A stretch of DNA of 64,000 nt. Source: Kudoa neothunni. Its lineage: Eukaryota > Animalia > Cnidaria. A program made the translations under genes and the position numbers. The notes under the pieces were generated by a model that saw only the letters and a list, made by a program, of their open reading frames with translations, searched no databases and had not been told where the DNA came from. Positions 59,151 to 64,000 of this stretch are shown here, piece by piece (position 1 is the first letter of the stretch; every line of letters starts with the position of its first letter). The stretch is taken from positions 1 through 64,000 of the forward strand of contig OZ199839.1 of NCBI GenBank assembly GCA_964304625.1. The letters run 5' to 3'.

Positions 59151-59559
59151 GTCGCCTAACAACATTCTCGGAGATTTTTTGGAGTTAATTTGAGCTAAGA
59201 TTAATATTGGATGCCCTAGTTACAACTGTTACCAATTCAATTTTCTGGTATTATCTGTTTCTATCAGTTGGATTTTTAGTTAAGCAATATGAGATATAAC
59301 AGCCAATCCTATTAAATCATCATTCACTTATCTATTCATTGCCTAATAGTAAATGAATGTAAAGTGTAAACATTGTTTAACAACTAGTTTTTTATTTTAA
59401 TTTTTTTAAAACAATAATTTGATATATAACTGAACCAAACAATTATTATTCAGTGTCACAAAGGACATAATACTTTTTCGTTTTTTTTCATGAATTTTAA
59501 TTGACTGTAAACTCGTGTTCAAATCTAATTGAGCAACTATCGATGAGTGAGTATTGCGA

Positions 59560-59920
59560 ACTCAGTGATGAAAAGGAATCACCAGGAGGCGAGTTGACGA
59601 CTGCTTTTTGAAATCATTAGAAGATTAATGCGACTCAACGGAGACGAGAATATTTGGAAATTCGAATATCAGCTAATCTGGAATTGCATGGGGTCTTTAA
59701 CAAAACGCATTTTGAGCGAAAACATTTTAAATCTACTTCCTGGTCCTGCCGCCTTATTGTTATCAACGGAACCACAATATTTTAGACTGTATAGCCATAT
59801 TTTCTTCTGATATTATCTGTTGAAAAAATCTATCACATTAAAAGTTTGGGGGAAAATCATTTAAGGGGCGATTGAATAAATATGGATTCTACTGATTTGA
59901 ATGGTTGTTTGAGTATCCTT
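59560..59920 (+). pseudogene. Possible Tc1 transposase relic
   Basis: SDEK, IWNCMG (VWGC-like), ILSENIL and STDLN (SPDLN-like) in order. Confidence 0.3.
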
Positions 59921-60084
59921 ATTCTAATGGATATATACAGGGATCGTGAAGAACCCTTATTTGAACCATTCAGTTAGTCAAAAAATTGCGAGATTTATGG
60001 ACAAAATGTAAGAGTTGTTCATATAGTTGGATAATTCAGATATGGTTTTTAAAAAATCAATATAATTGTCTTTCGTGTGGTAAA

Positions 60085-61470
60085 TATAGTAGGTAACCGA
60101 TAATGCGCATTTTCATCAATACGATGTATTCAAAGTTTATATTAGGTGATACGTTTAATAATATTTTTATGATTATAAAAAAGTAAAATTCGTAAAAATA
60201 TTTTTGAATTTAACTAGGAAATTCTCTATTTATTATATCACCTGACTAAACGATAGTATGCATTTTTCCACAAAACCACGTAGATTTAATTTTAGTTTAT
60301 TCAAAAGTTAGGTAAGATTTAAATTCTAGTGGTTGAATTTTGTGAGTTGTTCGTGGTAATGAAAAATTTTTCCAGTATGTATCTAAAAGCGCAACAATAA
60401 TCGTCATCAGACATTTTACAGTACACGCTGTATCCAAATTAAAAAGTCATTCGAACTTTTTTTAATTTTGAGATGTTTCTGAAATAAAAGCTTGATAAAA
60501 TTTCAAATCGGCAACAATTTATTGGATGAGCTGAGCCGAGCCGAGCTTTTGGCTGGGTGATTTGATGAAGTAGAAAAGTTCAAGCTATTTTCAGGTGATA
60601 AAATAATTATAAACAAGCGATGAATTGATGTACTAAGGATTGGCTCAACTATTCATTAGGATAGCTTCATAGTCCTAAAAATGAGTTGGATATATAAATA
60701 ATGTGTTTTCATTCGTAATCTGCGGACGTTAGTATAAATCTAGGTAATGAGACCTTCACCTAAGTTGTAAATTTGTTTGAATGTATCTCTTAAAATTTTA
60801 TATTTACTCAAGACATAGCCATCTAATTTTATCGTAAATGACATGAAAAATTTCGACCTCAGAATAAAAATTATACAGGTAAAACATGTTTTATACTAAA
60901 TTAAATCGAATGGGAGGAAATTAAGGAATGTGATTATAATGACATGAGGTTTACTAGGTGAGCATAAACAGGAGCTTATGATTATTAGCCAATTTAAAAA
61001 ATGTATCTGAATTTAGAGTATTAAAATACACCCATGTTTATAAGATTGATTTAGGAATTTGTGAATGGAAAGAAAAAGTTTTTTGAGTTATTTATCAAAA
61101 AATGATCATTTCCATGTAAATAAAAGTAGAATAAATTAATTCATAGACAATGTTAACTGCTAATTAAATAACAATGTTGCAGGAGCACATAAAAATATTG
61201 TAAGGTTAAAGTAAAAAAAATTTCTATATAGCGTTAAAAATAAATAAGAAATAATATAACATTTATAATTTCATAGAATCAGTTACTTATTAAATTCTAT
61301 CTCAATATAAAGGGTATAAGCATTTTATCAAAAATATTATTTAAACAGGAATTACAAGTTATTTTCCAGTCAAATGATCTTAATAATGTATTCTTAGGTA
61401 TTCTCATCTAAAAATAAGTTGCATTACCTATTCTGAAAATAAAAAAACCCCACAAAAATAATAGTGCTCC
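60085..61470 (+). repeat. Repeat family R, copy 3 (longest; carries the empty hAT site)
   Basis: Matches copies 1 and 2. cgctgtatccaaat at 60426 corresponds to the uninterrupted TSD site of copy 1. Confidence 0.75.
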
Positions 61471-61615
61471 ATTTATACTTCGAACTATAGGCTGCAACGT
61501 TTAATACGCACTAACAGTTACCCATTGTACTGAATTTTGTCAAACATTGCGAATATTCATTAAGAATGTGTAGCAAATAAAAGGTGTCACTCACTCAAAT
61601 ATATATGTGTATATA

Positions 61616-62707
61616 CTAGCGGGAACTGCCGGCGTTGCGTGGGAAGATTTCGCATAGATCCGTTTTTTAATAAGATTCAAAAAATATTCTTAAGTTTCAA
61701 ATTAACTAAAAAAATTTAAGTGACATACTCTCAACGATTTGGATTAGCGAAATTTAAATTACGATCATTTCGATGAAGAGAAGTATCAATCACAGCGTTC
61801 ATTTAAAAATTTCGTGCCCCGTCACCAACGCTAAATAATTTATCGTCAGTGTCGTATCTTTCGCATTCCCGAATTATTTAAATCCCGTTAAAATGTTATC
61901 CTAAACGTCATTTTTGGTCCGGCTCAGGAAGCTTGTGCATCACTGTTTACGAGAGACTATTGAATAGAGAAAGAAAAAAATTAACGAAAATTGATTTTTT
62001 TACTCAAATTATTATCTCTTGGCCCGGCATAAACTTTAGAGCACTCTTTCTCAAAAACGTGTACACATCGCGTCAATATCAACTCAACTATTTTAAATAA
62101 TAAGAAGGAATGAACATACATTGCCTGCATTGAATTAAATCATGGAAAGTTAAACTTAGCTGACGATTTCAATGAAATCTACGGATGCAGTATTTCCATT
62201 ATAATGCTTCAATCAATATGACTTTAACGCTCTCCGCCAATTCGTTATTCACGAAACATATACAAATTTTATACCATACCTAAATCGATGAATAAAACTT
62301 TTAAAATATACTTATCAAGTCAAATACGTTAAACTCCACAAATAAGGAGTGTATCTGCATGAACACCAAGATAGAAACGTCAACCGTATACATAAAGATA
62401 GGTGATATCGCTTAATTTAAATTTGATAAAGTATATAAGGAGGAAAGTTAACTTCAACCGACCTTTACAGCCACATAAACAGGTGTTGAATTCCAGTAAT
62501 CAGTTAAATAAACTCTGAATCGACAAAATCACCATTTTCTAAACACTTTCGGGAACATATGGTAGTGTGAGAACGATTTAAAGATTTTTTGAAACATTGT
62601 GATTTTTTAAAAATTCCTTAAATGTTCCTCTGTAAAGAATAAATTTGGATGCACACGCGTACTTGCTGACACACACACGGACACTTCAACTTTATATATG
62701 TAGTAGA
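61616..62707 (-). mobile_element. Complete non-autonomous Helitron, ~1.09 kb
   Basis: Minus strand begins A|TCTACTACATATATAAAG, followed by a (GT)n tract. It ends with a GC-rich stem and CTAG|T. Inserted in an AT dinucleotide with no TSD. Confidence 0.8.
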
Positions 62708-62848
62708 TAACAGTTCAATTTCGTACCAAACATAAGCAAGGAGAACACAGCAAACATCAATACGCTCTCAGCGATAAAAACGCATCACATACAAATCAAA
62801 TGTTTAAAAATTTCAGTAAGTAAAATTTTTCATTAAAAATAGTCCCAG

Positions 62849-64000
62849 TCAAGATAATCGTTCAAAATATTTTCTGTAATATTCGAAAATAAAAGTAGGG
62901 ATGGTTTTAAGAAAAATCCGCGTTGTTTCTTTTATAAGCTTGGGCACTATCCTACACTAGAAGAACATCATATCATTATATCAACAAATGCCCAATCACA
63001 TACATCGTTGTTGTCCCAGACGGTTATATTGTTGCAAGATAGGATGACATATCTTTCCAGCATCCCACATCTAAATAAATTCAACTTCAAATTCAGCATA
63101 TGCTAATAGAAAGCACTTGGCGGCAAGCGAATAAGGGATCACATGTTTGACGTATTTTCCATCCACCAATGTGAATCCAACAGATTCATACTTGGTAGAT
63201 CGACGAATATCATAATATCTAATAAGAGGACTGGAAAGGACATAATACCGGGTTTTAAAATTCAATAAATTACTGGTCGATAACCGTCAGTTTTGTTCTT
63301 TGTTTATTGGCTAAGAGACGGCCAACTTCTTGCTTCTTCAATCCCGTAACTGGTTCATTATTTATACAAATTAAACGATCAAACGTCTTCAACTCTAAAA
63401 AAATCAATTTATTGTGTTACTAATAACCAATGTAGGCATTTATTTAAATAAAAATCTATTAAAATTCAACGTTTGTTCATCTTCTCAATGCTAGAAATTA
63501 AAAAAAGTAAACTTATACCAAGTAGCAAAATTAAAAAATTAGTTTTAGGTGAAACAACGCGAAATCTATTATCGACCTTTTACATCATCATTATTATATA
63601 ACAAAAATTATTTTTTATCTAGACAATAAGTAATAAAATTAAACTCAAAACTTGCTGATAATAAACGCCGGTGTAAGATGTGATCCCCACATTGCATAGC
63701 AAACGTACCTGGATTGATAACATTGGAATAACGTAGATCTCGAAAAATAATAATGCCAAACATGGTCCAGACAAAAATCAATCCATATTCACCAGTATTT
63801 TTGTCTCTTTCCAATGTGATAGTCCTTAAGTTCTACAAAAAATCAACCCCATACAATACACCAACATTTTTCAAACCGCGTACATTCATATTGAAATTGT
63901 CGGCACAAGTTCCTAAAAACGACGGAAATAAAAAAAAATGTTGAAAACGTAAGCATACCTTCAAACACTGAGGGAGTGTTCAACTGATTCTTGTTTGGTG
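62849..64000 (-). CDS. SDCBP: Syntenin-like tandem PDZ protein (5' part outside window)
   Basis: Exons 63959-64000+, 63884-63912, 63709-63832, 63274-63394, 63117-63230, 63004-63070, 62849-62956. PDZ1: RTITLERDKNTGEYGLIF..LKTFDRLICINNEPVTG. Linker VIDHPLIR. PDZ2: SVGFTLVDG..SLAAKCGM. Tail IPTFIFEY resembles syntenin MPAFIFEH. Confidence 0.75.

Overview
AT-rich eukaryotic (animal) genomic DNA. A fast-evolving, compact-intron lineage such as a parasitic myxozoan is plausible, but this is inference only. Host genes are split by many GT-AG introns, mostly 40-65 bp, so most of the supplied ORF track is exon fragments or noise. I spliced these genes by hand: ABCF3 (minus, 19 exons, one +1 base in a GGGG run), EFTUD2/Snu114 (minus, 24 exons), two tandem class A GPCR paralogues (plus, 3 exons each) and a syntenin-like tandem-PDZ gene that runs off the right edge. 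The most interesting object is an intron-split gene at about 15.5-17.6 kb. Its product keeps the CD39/E-NTPDase (GDA1_CD39 apyrase) cysteine framework and spacing but has lost the readable catalytic apyrase-conserved regions (ACR2-5). It sits on a Ser/Thr stalk with a C-terminal TM helix, so it is a candidate pseudo-apyrase surface protein. A probable decayed relative with a micro-exon-built stalk lies at 28.1-29.9 kb. The rest is a graveyard of nested DNA transposons (hAT, Merlin, Tc1/IS630, piggyBac, Helitron, MULE), several with readable TIRs and TSDs. Protein comparisons are to reference sequences recalled from memory, not to database searches.
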